DNA of 63,090 nt, the filler included, from Cercozoa sp. M6MM (taxonomy: Eukaryota > Protista > Endomyxa: Ascetosporea), in NCBI GenBank assembly GCA_040357565.1. It is 12 parts of 12 records of this genome, joined end to end, with 100 filler letters (N's around TTAATTAATTAA, not from the genome) between each part and the next. Parts side by side here need not be neighbours in the genome. Positions count along the whole stretch, not along the records: positions 12,436 to 21,435 come from JBDODJ010000498.1; positions 21,536 to 25,515 come from JBDODJ010001254.1; positions 25,616 to 28,379 come from JBDODJ010001702.1; positions 28,480 to 33,135 come from JBDODJ010001085.1; 8 more parts are not named here. One strand, written 5' to 3'. The translations under genes were made by a program, and so were the position numbers. This document shows positions 17,810 to 30,058 of the stretch, in pieces. Every line of letters starts with the position of its first letter. Position 1 is the stretch's first letter. Under the pieces are notes generated by a model, which was not told the DNA's origin, did no database searches, and was given only the letters and a program-made list of their open reading frames with translations.

Positions 17810-20800
17810 GGGTCAAGACCCTGGTCACTTTGACCTGCCCTCTGACCTGCCCATCGGGAGAAGGGTGTTTTTGCTTTATAAGCTTTGTGCTGCCTTTAAC
17901 CTGAACGAATTAGCCAATGGACGCCTGTGGCACCTCCCTTTGTCGACACGCGCATCGAGCTGTTCGAGTCGGCTCGCATGACAACTATGGATCAAGTGAG
18001 TTTGTTCTTGTAGGTGAGATGATATAGACCCATCGTCAATCACCAAAGATAAGTTATCTGTCAGAATACTCCGCGTGTTTTTGTCGGTCAATCTCTGCGT
18101 TCGACTTGTAAGACCTTCACCTTGGGTTGATTGTTGTGGAGAAAAGGTAAAGTTACTATTCCACAGGCGTTACGCCTGGGCATAGTGCACATGCCGGCTT
18201 CGAAATAGACAGCATGGATCTCTTGGAACAGGTCTCATGAACGACATCCTTACAAGTTCGATGGACCTTTGTATACTTTAACTGAGCAGGTTGCTGATCA
18301 GGTGTCCAGCTCGGATCCGACGGTCGATCGGTAGTCTTTTCAAACTAGGTGCCCAATCTATGCTATGTGTGAAGTTGGATTTACAGCGACGACATCAAAC
18401 GACGCTCTGTCGTTTCAATTACGGCCTGCATACACGTGCAAGCACCGTCGAGTGGCACGTGTGCCACACAGATCTCGAACAGTCAGTTGCCTGGATTGCA
18501 TATCGTTGGCGCAGATTCGTTACCGCCTTTTGTCGCCGGAACGACCTTGTTGGAGTCGCAGGGTATGCAGCAGTACTATCAGGATATGTACAAGACAGGT
18601 GGCGCTAAAGTTCGGTTTTATGGCGATGTCACCGCCACTTCATAGTACAATATCCTACAATATCCTACTGTAAAGTTAGAATACTACTTTATCGGTGAGT
18701 GTGTGTTTTAGTGGGAAAACAGCTACACAAGGTGGTTCTGGTGCTTGCGCTACCGTCAAATGCGTCAACGACGTGTGCGACGGCAGTTTGTAGCCTGCGC
18801 ATTAGTTGTGCCCACAGTAAGGTTTAATTGTGACGTAATTCAGTCGTTCGTTGACACTGATGCACGACGGCGACGTGGCTGCTGCGGTATCATTTCGCCC
18901 TAAATGCCAGGATACTACTTTGACAGCTTACATAGGTCGACTTGGTTGTTCTTGCATCCGTAACTGTGCCACCTTCATGCCCTAAAACTTGCCGCGAGTT
19001 CATCGAGCGCTACCGCAGTGCTTCCGCTGCCTCTCAGGGCGGTATTACTACTTCCAACTTTGTTCTGTATAACTTACTTACATTTGCTCTTTACAGTCGT
19101 ACTCCTGCCCAACGTGCAATACGCACAAGCACAAGCACCGACGCTGTCGACCAACAGCGTCATGTGGCGTCCAAATCTGCCTTCAGTCGTTCTCAGAGCT
19201 GGCTTGTATGTTGCATTTGACAGGAATGTCTATGTCTTTTACAGTATGCACACTTAGTGACACATGTGTCGACATGCCGGTCAATTGGGGCTTCACTTCG
19301 AACTTTAGCACGATGCAGGTACCTTAAAATCCTACGGGGGTAGTTAATCTGTATCTTTGATATCACGAACTGCAGTTGACTCAGCTGGGCTTCCCCACGT
19401 CTAACACGATCCCTCTCAGAGGTACCATGTGTTACCTAGGTGTGCATATTGAAGTAATGTCTGCACAGTTCCTGTCGGCAGCATGCGCATCTGCATTACA
19501 CTGAACAACGCGCAGGCAGCCGCACATGTGTGCGGTGCAACTGTGCAGGACTTACTGGACACCAACAACAATGCGCTGCCTGTGTTCTCGCCGAGACTCG
19601 CGAATGATAAGTACAGTTGACATTCACTAGAGAGACCTTGTATCATTTAAGGCTCACTTGTGCATTTCGGCAGCATGATGTGTGCCACACTGATTTGCAT
19701 GCCGAATGAGCCTTGCCGCGATTCGCAGAACGGGGCCACGACTGACCAACTCGCCTTCTTGCAGCCTGTATTTTCTCTGTTACTTGTCGAGATGGATAAA
19801 TGTGCTGTCTGCTTAGGTAACCCCTCAGTCAGTGTCGGTGACAGTTCGAACGCAGTTTAGCGTGTATCTTACCTTTCCTACGTCGGGAAGTGTGTGTTAG
19901 TGTATGTGTGGTCAGTGAGGATGTGCAAGTCGTGCTCGCCAGAGCAGGCAGTAACTGCACTGTACCTTGTTCTTTTATCACTGTTTGACATGATACGTAG
20001 TGATAGTGTATCGATACAATGAACATGTACGTGTAGACTTCGGCAGAATGCGTGGCAGGAACTACGTGCGACTCTATGGCAGGTAGTCGAATCAGTCGTT
20101 TTTTGTCTTTTGTCGAACAGTTATGGCTGCAGGACGCTGCGTTCTGCCCGTTAATGGCACGGTAACTTTCTACCTAACGTAAAGAGAGAGTATTTTACCC
20201 ACTAAATTTAGTGCACTAACGACCTGGAGTGTGCTCCTGGCTTCACGTGCAACAGCAACGACGGGCAATGCCGTGCCTTGCAAGGCACCATGTGTGGGTA
20301 CGTTGGCCCCTTCTCTTTGTTACCCAACCTGGGTATCCTAGTTTTTCGCAGTGCAACAGCCGAGTGCAACTCGACGCTGGTCTGTGCCGGTGGTGTCTGT
20401 GATGCCTTTTTTGTGAGTTTCATCCTGGTCAACAACTGAAGTTACAATAAAAAATGCCTACAACTCTACTTCGTACCAGGTGGCACTGGCACCAACGCAA
20501 AGTATCGAAAGCTTGTCGGTCAACAACTCTGGCTGCTACAGGTACTGACATGTTACTCTTAATTGCCTGGGCGGGGACGGGTAGTTTGAACGAGCAGAAT
20601 CGTCGCGGTGGGCGGTCACGGAGGCTTTGCCACCACTGGAGCCACACCGGGCAACGTACACACTTTCCTGACTCTACTATGAATCTCAATGCCAGTTGTT
20701 CTGCAATACAAACATCATGATACCCCCAGGGAGGTAAAGGCGCCGTGGTCGACAGTTTCTTCGAACTCACGCCGTTCGATCAATTGCTGGTACTGTACAA

Positions 20801-21370
20801 AGAGAATTAAGACAGCAAATCACCAGCATTCACTCATTACGGTACAGGTCGTGGTGGCAGGCGATGGAACCAACGGAACCAACAGTGGTAGGTTCACCAC
20901 ATATCTTCGGTCTGCTTAGCAGTCAGTCTTGCCATTGCTGAACAGGAGGAGGTGGGGGTGCCTCCTCGGTTTTTGTGAACAGCACCTCGGTCGCGACGCT
21001 GCTGCTAATGGCCGGCGGAGGCGCTGGTGCTCATACCACAACCATGGATGGGTGCATTTTTTATACTCACCACTTGCGCGACTTTAAGCTCACTGACGAG
21101 CCACAACCCTTTGATCAGTTGCGATGCACGGACCGACTCCTTCGGCGGGGCTAGTGACTGCTCCATGGGAGAGGTAAATTCAACCTTGACACTGTCTAAG
21201 ATAATCGTTTCATTCACTCCACCCTACAGGCGATACCCGACGACGGCGCCGAAGTCTCGACAGGGCTGCCAGCCGACTACAGAGCTTACGCGGGTTTCGG
21301 GCTCGCAAGTCAAATTGCCATGAATTTTGTGGCGAACGGAGCTCTGGGATTGGCGGGAGGCTTTGGAGGT
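17810..21370 (+). CDS. Large extracellular-type protein: Cys-rich modules plus ALK/LTK-like glycine-rich domain (both ends uncertain; truncated at the gap)
   Basis: Exons 20037-21050 splice in frame to ECVAGTTCDSMAGRC...CTNDLECAPGFTCNSNDGQC...CGATAECNSTLVCAGGVC, then SGCYRIVAVGGHGG...GGKGAVVDSFFELTPFDQLLVVVAGDG...GGGGGASSVFVN...LLLMAGGGAG. Confidence 0.7.
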
Positions 21371-21372
21371 TA

Positions 21373-21434
<62 letters not shown>

Positions 21435-21593
21435 GNNNNNNNNNNNNNNNNNNNNNNNNNNNNNNNNNNNNNNNNNNNNTTAATTAATTAANNNNNNNNN
21501 NNNNNNNNNNNNNNNNNNNNNNNNNNNNNNNNNNNCCCCCCCCCCTATTAACGCTGCTCTCAGTTGACATAATTGTTTTGCTGGTCCAATGCA

Positions 21594-21917
21594 GAAGCTG
21601 TGGAAAACGCGACTATAACGCGGGAAGAAGTCGCGTGGAAGGCGCGAAAGCTTCAAACTGGCAGTTCGGACTCTGTGTTGCAGGGCATGCGGAAGGTACT
21701 GATATCTTCCACTCACCAATTCAGGCAACTGAATTGTTTCTTGCTCACTGCAGCTCGGCGTGAAGTCCAAGTCGCCGTCGACGCCGGCCTCTCGTTTGAG
21801 AAGGCTAGGCACTCGCTTTTTCGGCTAATCGAATGTTGTGACGCGACGGCACAGGCAGCCGAGCACGCTCGCTTGGACTCACATTCCAGTCGCTATCGTC
21901 GACTTTCGATCGGCTGA
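21594..21917 (+). CDS. C-terminal two exons of a hypothetical helical protein
   Basis: EAVENATITREEVAWKARKLQ...MRK|ARREVQVAVDAG...LSIG*, joined by a GT-AG intron. Confidence 0.4.
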   Translation, partial: EAVENATITREEVAWKARKLQTGSSDSVLQGMRKVLISSTHQFRQLNCFLLTAARREVQVAVDAGLSFEKARHSLFRLIECCDATAQAAEHARLDSHSSRYRRLSIG

Positions 21918-22424
21918 GTTGCATTCACTCGCATCGAGCTGAACCAGGGATTTATAAATTTATACGCGACGTCAGTCCGTCGCGTCGAGTATTATAACTG
22001 AATCTCGTGCTTTATAGTCCAGTCAGATACGTTACTAGACTCTACGCGACTCCTAATGGACGAAACTGGCTGCGCCGACAGTGCTTCCGCTCGCTCACAT
22101 AAGGAAGCATGGTACAGCACCGGTACCACATGGTAAACTTAGTTTTTAGTATTTTTGAACGAGAAAAATACGTTTACTCTTGTCTATCAAACTACGAGCC
22201 GGCGTGTCGTGCAGGTGCGTAACTGCAACTCGAAAGCCACACCCGCAGAGAGGGAAAAATGCTGGGAGTCACGACGGATGCATTTGTGGGTCTCATTTTG
22301 ATCGGAATCGCCGTGTTCGGCACACTGATATCATGTTTCGTGCGCAAACCACAGTAAATTTGACTCGGTACAGTGTTGTATCTGTCTTTTTGATGCGTCA
22401 CGGTAAATCTCTTCGAGCAGCATC

Positions 22425-22721
22425 GTGTTCACCATCGTGATCGTGGCATGTGCCTCTTCGTGGGGAGTTTACAGATTGATCGTAGATACGAAGTGGACGA
22501 TGGATACGAATCCCGTCACTGGGGTAAGACGAGTCAGCAATTTGGGTGTAGAAACTGAACATGTACTGGTAACTCAGGAAGAAGACTACTCCCACCTAGC
22601 TCGCTTGCTTCTTCTCATTGGACTTTCTGTCTCGGTCGGTATAGGTGCACTGGTGGCCGGCTGGACGGCTCTTTTCACGCAGTTGTACGCCCGGCGACTC
22701 CCCAAAAGCATGGCCGCATGA
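22425..22721 (+). CDS. Small intronless putative membrane protein
   Basis: 98-aa ATG ORF with a hydrophobic N-terminus and a second TM-like segment LLLLIGLSVSVGIGALVAGWTALF. Confidence 0.35.
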   Translation: MFTIVIVACASSWGVYRLIVDTKWTMDTNPVTGVRRVSNLGVETEHVLVTQEEDYSHLARLLLLIGLSVSVGIGALVAGWTALFTQLYARRLPKSMAA

Positions 22722-23060
22722 AATTCATCCTACCGCCGTGCATCGACTGTACGGTGAGTGTCACGCGGCCCACGTGCGACACTGCAAGTCAGGCAGAAAA
22801 GTACTAGACCTACGACGCAGTTCCTTTGTCCAGAATCAGCGCATGGCAGTATAAGTAATAGTCCACCGCCCGTTTACTCAGAGCCCCTAAAAATGTTTGA
22901 AGTCCTCACGCCCCACGCCACTCTTGCATCCATCCTTACTTTTTAAAGTCAGTGCTTGTCCGAAGTCCGGTCCAATGATGGTTGGCCATTGCTGATGACC
23001 GATCGGGGAAGCCGAAAAATACTTCGCTTCGCTCGGCTTACGTTACAAACATACGATAGT

Positions 23061-24439
23061 CTACCATGGCACGCGAACTCTTAGTTGCCCAGCGCGTGTC
23101 ATGTTTCTCAGGTACGCCACTAGAGCACGCACGGAAGCAAGCTTTCGTTCCCAGAATATATAAAACGCGATGCAACTAACCCGACGCGACCCCACCGCAC
23201 GCCAACGAATTCGACGGAGTGCAAGATGATGGAACTGGTGCCGTCACATGCGTGTCAAATCAATTGAAACCGATAATTACGCCGGCAACAGCAGCACCTT
23301 CTCGGACAAAAGCGCACGCGCAAACAGCACGAGTGACTCGTCGGTCATTGCGCCTAAACCAAACCAAGTGAATTTAACCTACGGTATTAAGACGAGACGG
23401 AAAAAGGCGTACCTTGCGCAAATTTATCGAATACATGTGTGATTGATGCCTTGGCCTTCACGAGTACCTTTCGCTTTTTGCTGGGCGGTTCTGAGACAAG
23501 CAAATTTATAGAAGTGGATCTCTTTCTGGTTTGCGATGCAATTGTACCGTTCACTTGATCTTTATCATCGCTGTCGGAGCTATCACTGTCGCTGTCGCTG
23601 TCGCTGCTTTCACTGTCGCTGTCGCTGTCGCTGCTTTCACTGTCGCTGTCGCTGCTTTCATTATCGCTGTCGCTGTCGCTGCTTTCATTGTCGCTGTCGC
23701 TGTCGCTGCTTTCACTGTCGCTGCTATCATTGTCAGCATCGGCACTGCCGCTGCTCTCATCATCTTCGCTGCTGTCGCTATCGCTGCTGTCGCTATCGCT
23801 GCTGTCACTGTCACTGTCGCTGTCATTGTAGCTGTCGCTGTCGCTGCTGTCGCTGCCGCTATCGCTGTCGCTGTTGTCGCTGCCGCTGTCGGAAGACTCA
23901 TCGCTCGAAGAGGAGACGGAGGAATCTTCCGATGAAGAGGAGTCATCGGATGACGAGGAGTCTGAAGAGGAATCTGACTCATCGGACGAAGAAACCGCGT
24001 TCGAGCGACGTCGCTTGCCGTTGGCGTTCTTCTCTGTCTTTTCCTCTTCATCTTTGACTTCCATGGCAGCAGGGAGTGGCGTCGACACCGATTTCTCAGG
24101 AGCAGCGGGCTTCTGCTACAGTATATCAAAAGATAGCGCCACAAAGGTCAACCGCAAATAAATACTAACCTTGTTCTGGCCCTTCTGTCCACCGTACTGG
24201 CCCCACCACTTTTCCTTCTCGGACAAACAACTCGTATGCTTGGCATACTCCGTGCCCCAGAACTCTTTGTGGCAGTCGATCTAAAAACAAATGCGGGGAA
24301 TATCTGAAATATTTAATTGCGTGGGGACGAAGGGAATGGGTACGCAGCTAAAATTCTCCGCGCCGCATCTGTTGTAGTGATTGTCGACTTGCTTTTTGCG
24401 CACCACCGTACCACATCCTCCGCACGTGAAACTCACCAT
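23061..24439 (-). CDS. LYAR: LYAR-type C2HC zinc-finger nucleolar protein with a long Ser/Asp acidic tract
   Basis: MVSFTCGGCGTVVRKKQVDNHYNRCGAENFSC|IDCHKEFWGTEYAKHTSCLSEKEKW is the canonical LYAR double zinc finger; (SD)n tract at ~23570-23990; basic KKRK motif. Confidence 0.88.
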
Positions 24440-24775
24440 CTGGCAAACCCAAGACAAGAAATAATGAAACCGAGTGACCGCTTATTATTATAAAACAGTA
24501 CTGATCAAGACGGCTACGGGCCACTGTCACAAGATAACACAAGAACGCGCTGCACCTTAGGTCCGCGCGACAGCCGACTTTATGTTTATATACACTACAA
24601 TTGTAGTGATCTTTTTTTTTAAATAATCGGTCTCGTCGGTCCTGATCCCAGGAATCCTGGTTCCGTTCAGTTCAACTGGTACAAGTGCAAGCAGCAGGGG
24701 AAGCCCTAGAGCATTGGAAGCAGATTCGATAAATTCTTAGTAGAACAGCTGCGGTACATCAGCCTTTAATTGGCG

Positions 24776-25490
24776 TCAACTGAAACTGTACAAGTACGGT
24801 GACGTGACTGTTCTTTCGACTATGGACTCGCGATTCTGGAAGGAGAGGAATCCGAAGGCTCCAACCACTGGTCTTGCACCTCTTCGGCGACCTAAGCATG
24901 GAGCGAACATGTGTCCAACGTTGTCGTAACATAGAAGGGACTGCTTACGCTTGTGACACTTTTTGTCAGGCGCGCCTTGTGTCTTGAAGTCCGCTTCAGG
25001 ATCATCCCAACAGCTGATAGCGACGGTCTCGTTCGCGGTGTCCACCACGCTGGTTAAAAACAACGGACAGTTCGGGGTACAGCCTGAACGATGAAAACAT
25101 GTCACAATTTTACATTTGCTTTGCCACGTCGGGAAGTTGAGCAGCTTCGAGGAGTCACCATGAGAGCGACAGAATCGTGTGCAGTACGCACAATACTGCG
25201 GCAGACAGTGAGAATAAACACGTACAGTATGAAACAAATTTCATAACCGAAGCCCGAGTCGTACGTACTGTACCTGTTCCCATGCGTACTTGTTCAAAAG
25301 TTTGTGTATTATTTGACTTTCCGACATGTTTTCCGCCAGACTCGATTCGTGCATCTACAGTAGCGGAACACGTCGACACAAAGGGTAAACGGACACTATC
25401 ATGTCTCCACCTGTTTCAAAGTTCTTGCGTCTAACTTGCTCAGAAAGTCGCTTCTTGGAATCTTCAGCAGTTTGCATGTCTGCGAGGGTC
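24776..25490 (-). CDS. 3' portion of a hypothetical Cys-containing protein
   Basis: Probable exons (DMQTAEDSKKRLSEQ; YCAYCTRFC; GCTPNCPLFLTSVVDTANETVAISCWDDP); splicing not fully resolved. Confidence 0.35.
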
Positions 25491-25616
25491 AGTTTGATTG
25501 TGTGGGGGGGGGGGGNNNNNNNNNNNNNNNNNNNNNNNNNNNNNNNNNNNNNNNNNNNNTTAATTAATTAANNNNNNNNNNNNNNNNNNNNNNNNNNNNN
25601 NNNNNNNNNNNNNNNG

Positions 25617-26760
25617 GGGGGCAAAACCAGACGACACGGCGAAGGGCGCCGACTTGCCGCTGATGCGGCGGCGGATGTGAATCACCTTGCCGTAGCGCGA
25701 GCCTTCGAACCCGTCGAGTCGCTGCTTGCCGTCGTTGGCCAGCGACACCACGATCTGCGCGCCGTCCTCCTTGCGACCGTCCTTCACGTAGTCCTGCAGC
25801 GACTTGGCGCGCTGCGTGTCGCGTCCTCGTGCGCCTGGGGGGGGGGGTAAGCTGGGGTAGGACAGGGGAGGGGCAAGACATACCCAGACCGATCTGCAAG
25901 GCACTCAGAATCGCCGACTTGCCGGAGCCGTTCTTGCCGACCTGCACACATGCAGGTTCCCCCTTCCCCCTACCCTCCCCCTAGCCCACTACCCTATGCT
26001 GTACCACAAAGTTAGCGTTCGGACTGAAGTCGATTTCCAGGTTGTCGTGACACTGCACAGGGGTCGCAGGGAGGGGGTTAAGGTAGGTTAGTGGGTGGGG
26101 GTATGGGGGTAAAACCATGAAGTTGCGCAGCCGGATGCGCGTGATGACGCCGGCCAAAGCGCAGCCGTTGGCGTCGGTGGCGTCCTGCGCGATGCCGAAA
26201 CTGCCGGCAGCAGTGGCGTCCTCGTCCTCGTCCTCCTCGTCCTCCTCGAGACCCTCCTCGTGCTCCTCCAAGTGCCGACTGTCGCCCTCACCATCTCGCA
26301 TGGGCACACTGTCCAGACTGCCCGTGCTGGCACCCGTCGTCGTTGCACTCATCACGACACCGCTGCTCGGCTCGTCCAGGTCGTCTAGCAGTTCGTCCAC
26401 TGGGACATATCATCAAACTCATAAGACAGACGGGGTTCATCTGTACCACACATGTCAGAGATACCATCGTCCTCGTTGGACTGCGCCGTGTGCCGCTTGC
26501 GCCGCTTCGGCGACGGCTCCTCCGCGTCCAGCTGCCGCAGGTAATCCTCCGTAGCTGCGCGGTCCGCCTCGTCCATCGTCCTGGCGGCGTCTACGAACTG
26601 TACAGTTTTGTACACAGTCAGTGGTCTCCCACCCAGAGGCAACACAAAAAAAAAAAGAGAACACACCTTTGAGTCAACTGGCAGGCCCAGCTCACGCCAG
26701 ATCGTTCCAACCTGCGTTGGCTCTGCCGCTCGTTGTTCACTGTCGCGCAGGCGTCTCACA
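25617..26760 (-). CDS. SMC6: SMC6, N-terminal ATPase head, truncated at the gap (start uncertain)
   Basis: AGVITRIRLRNFM|CHDNLEIDFSPNANFV|VGKNGSGKSAILSALQIGLG|ARGRDTQRAKSLQDYVK: Walker A plus the SMC6-typical NFMCH and T.R..SL motifs. Confidence 0.9.
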
Positions 26761-26931
26761 GAGAGCCAGCGGTGCTCCCGCCAAAAGGTTTATTGGAATG
26801 GATCAAACCACGAAATCGTCAAATCCGAACGGTCCGTTTGTACGTGTGCCTCAAAAATTTTAGACACGGCCCACGACCTCCTGCTAGTACCCAGTGTGTG
26901 TCAGATACACAACCAGTCACGCCAGACCATA

Positions 26932-27528
26932 ATGCAGGCTCTGCGTCTTGCCCGTTTTTCCGCCCGACGTGTTGCGTCGTTCCGCGCCGTGCAGCCGCGT
27001 GTAACTTTGTGCCTTAAGTGTTGTGAGCAGCACGGCAGCTGTGGCTAGCTTTGCTGGCAATCTGCAGTATTTTTTTTTCGGTGGCAGAGTTATCATGTGT
27101 GCTAACAGTTTTTCGCCGTGCACGACGAGTCGGCCAAAGAACAGGAGATCAAGATTCGCAACACGGGTGATCTTGAGCTGTACTTCAAGGAGCGCGACCA
27201 GCGCCTGATCCACCGTCTGGTGAAAAAGCTGCAGGACGAGTCGCCCAAGCAGGCCGAGATCCTCGAGAAGAAGGGCGGCGAGCAGGTGCCTTCCATTAGT
27301 CCTTTCCTTCCCTTCCTTCCTTCATTCCGTCTTATTTTCTTCCTTCTCTCCTTTCTTCCTTCCTTCCTTCCTTCCTTCCTTCCCTTTTTTTCTTTGCTTC
27401 CTTTCTTACTTAATGGCGACTCTCTTGCTTTTGCAGGGTGTCGAGAAGGCGCTCGACGAGCTCGAGTACGTGCTCGAGATGCACGGCATCCGTATCACCA
27501 AGGTACCCTTTGCACAAACAGCCTGCTG

Positions 27529-27581
<53 letters not shown>

Positions 27582-27647
27582 ATGCGCGTGTGTGATATCC
27601 AGGCCCTGGTTGCTGACCTGGTCGAGTGGTCCAACAAGCAGCACTAA
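26932..27647 (+). CDS. Mitochondrial ATP synthase inhibitory factor IF1-like protein
   Basis: Presequence MQALRLARFSARRVASFRAVQPR; core ELYFKERDQRLIHRLVKKLQ resembles the IF1 E..YF..E...L..L motif; C-terminal LEYVLEMHGI..|ALVADLVEW helices as in algal/alveolate-type IF1. Confidence 0.65.
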
Positions 27648-28327
27648 ATAAAACTGTTTCTTTCGTCGCGTAATGGAGCAGTTAGTAGCACTAACTCGAC
27701 CGTTGTTACCGACGGTACGTTTGTCAGTGAAAAGAACTCAATAAAAGAAGTACCTAGTCGAGGCGACGGAGCGAGGACTTAACATGATTTAGTTTGAAGA
27801 AGCGAAGTGAAGAATTACCCTAGAACGGAGAACGTACGCAAAGCAGCGCGTTCGGGTTTGTAGCGTGGCTTGAGTGACAAGAGCAGCTTTCGCAGTTCCT
27901 TGCGTCAAACTGAGCGTAGACGGAATCGTCCGCCACGGGGAAAAATCGTATCGAAAAACCCCTTTTTTCTACAGCAGCCGGTGCTTACTTGTAGAGGTGG
28001 ACATCAGTACAGACCAGCTACTGCCACGTAGATGAGGTTTTCTCTTTTGCCAACTGGCGGACTAAACTGAACCTACACGGCACAGGCTTTCGTTCGGACA
28101 GGTCCAGTTGCTTTCAATGATAGTATACGAACTGAACTGGTCTGCCTGGGTTCACCCCCGCGGAGACAGTATAATCTGAGATAATCTGAGTCACGTCAGT
28201 CTGTAACAACGGCTCGGCTAGCACCGTCGAGTGAGTCAAGTTTCAGTTTCGCTAGCAACGGCGGCACCAGTTGCTGCTCGCACGCAGCTAGCAGACTCGC
28301 TTCCTTCTGCGCAGTGAACAAATGAGT

Positions 28328-28378
<51 letters not shown>

Positions 28379-28479
28379 ANNNNNNNNNNNNNNNNNNNNN
28401 NNNNNNNNNNNNNNNNNNNNNNNTTAATTAATTAANNNNNNNNNNNNNNNNNNNNNNNNNNNNNNNNNNNNNNNNNNNN

Positions 28480-29892
28480 CCCCCCCCCCGAGCAGGAAGA
28501 GAAGGACACGCATGAGCTGGACCGGGAGCTGCAGGTGGCACAGGCACTGATGCCGCCGGAGCGACTGCCGCCTCGCGTCGAGTCGCCGATGCTGAGTTTC
28601 CTGCACGAGTTCGCCGCCGGTCGGCGCCTCCGCTTCCGCACGGACGAGACTGAGTGATCGGCGGCACGCTTTGACCTTATGTTTTAACTGTGACTGTTAC
28701 GTAGTGATTTAATTTATTTTGATCGATCAACGATTGCTGACTGATCGACCAATAATAGCTAACTGATCGAGTGGTCACTCTGGCTGCTGGTGTCGCTGCA
28801 GCTGCTGCAGTCGCTGCTGTCGGCGTTGCGCGTTCGACGTCGCCGGTGGTGTCGGCACAGACGGTGCTTTCTGTAGGGTCAAATGGACCGGTCGGTTGGA
28901 CAAAAACGGAACAGGACGGAGAACAAACGAACCGCCATTTTCTGCACCGGTTGCACCAGCGAATCGCGCGGCAGTGCGAACAACGTCTCCATCAGTGCAC
29001 GACCTGCGGGGGGGGGGGGAACACAAGGACAAAGAGACGGTAAAAGCGGGAGGAGGGGGGATAAAAGAGGGGGGGGGTAAACCCACCTCGCCGAGTGAAC
29101 ACGAGTGGCAGCGCCAGACACATCGAAGCGATGACATAGTAGGCCGTGCCACTGTGTAGCCAGTTCATTTCCACTGACACAAGGGAGGGTAGGAGTTAGG
29201 GGTCTAAGGGGTAAAGGGGTAAAGGGCAATGAGGTAAAGGGGAAGGGGGTTAAAAAAGTACATGTCGTCAGCGTGCGTGACAAGCGAGTGTCGGCATTTT
29301 CGAGACGCTCCTGCAGCTGCTGCATTGCCTCCTCGTTACCTGGAGGAACATGGGACTAGGGGGGATAAAGAGAGGAGGTACGACTACCTTCCTTTGGCTT
29401 TGTGTTCTTCAGTCGGTCCAGTGCCTGCATACCCCCTTAATCACCCTTGTTAGCCCCCTTAATAGCCTCCATGTAACCACCTTGACCCCCTTAAAAACAC
29501 AAGGCCACAGTGTCGATGTCGTCGAGACTGAAGGTGAGCGCAAAGTCGCTCAGCATCAGCGCGAAGGCCGCCGTGCCGAAACTCGTCGTCCACAGAAACG
29601 CCGACTTCAGTACCGCCGATCGGAGTTCCTGCAGTTGTACCTCCCTCTGTCCCCCTCCCCCTTTACCTCTCTATACCCCTCCTTTACCCCTGCCTTTACA
29701 CCTTGTTTTAAGCCCTACCCGGTAGGCGCTGAGATCCAGCTTCGTGGCACTTTCGGCGGCGACTTCACCGGCCGACTTTTTGGCCGACGCATTCTTCTTC
29801 TGCGCAAACAGTGAGTCGAACGAACTGCGCGTACGAAGCTGCACACGCCGCACAAATGTGTGCCCGTATTTCAATACACGAGGATGCATCAT
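28480..29892 (-). CDS. Multi-exon hypothetical protein, truncated at the linker
   Basis: ATG at 29892; exons ELRSAVLKSAFLWTTSFGTAAFALMLSDF, GNEEAMQQLQERLENADTRL, RALMETLFALPRDSLVQPVQKM. Confidence 0.5.
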
Positions 29893-30058
29893 TTTCGTCT
29901 AAACACTCAACGTTTGGGCACTGAATCGTCAGTTTAATTTCACATAAGTTAAAGCGCCGCTCCGTCTGGCACTCTAGTCTTCTAGGAGCAGTCAGTGTGT
30001 GCGACAGTGTTGCGATAGCGGTGTTAGCTGCCTAGCGCGCTCTAAATTCCCCAATCGT

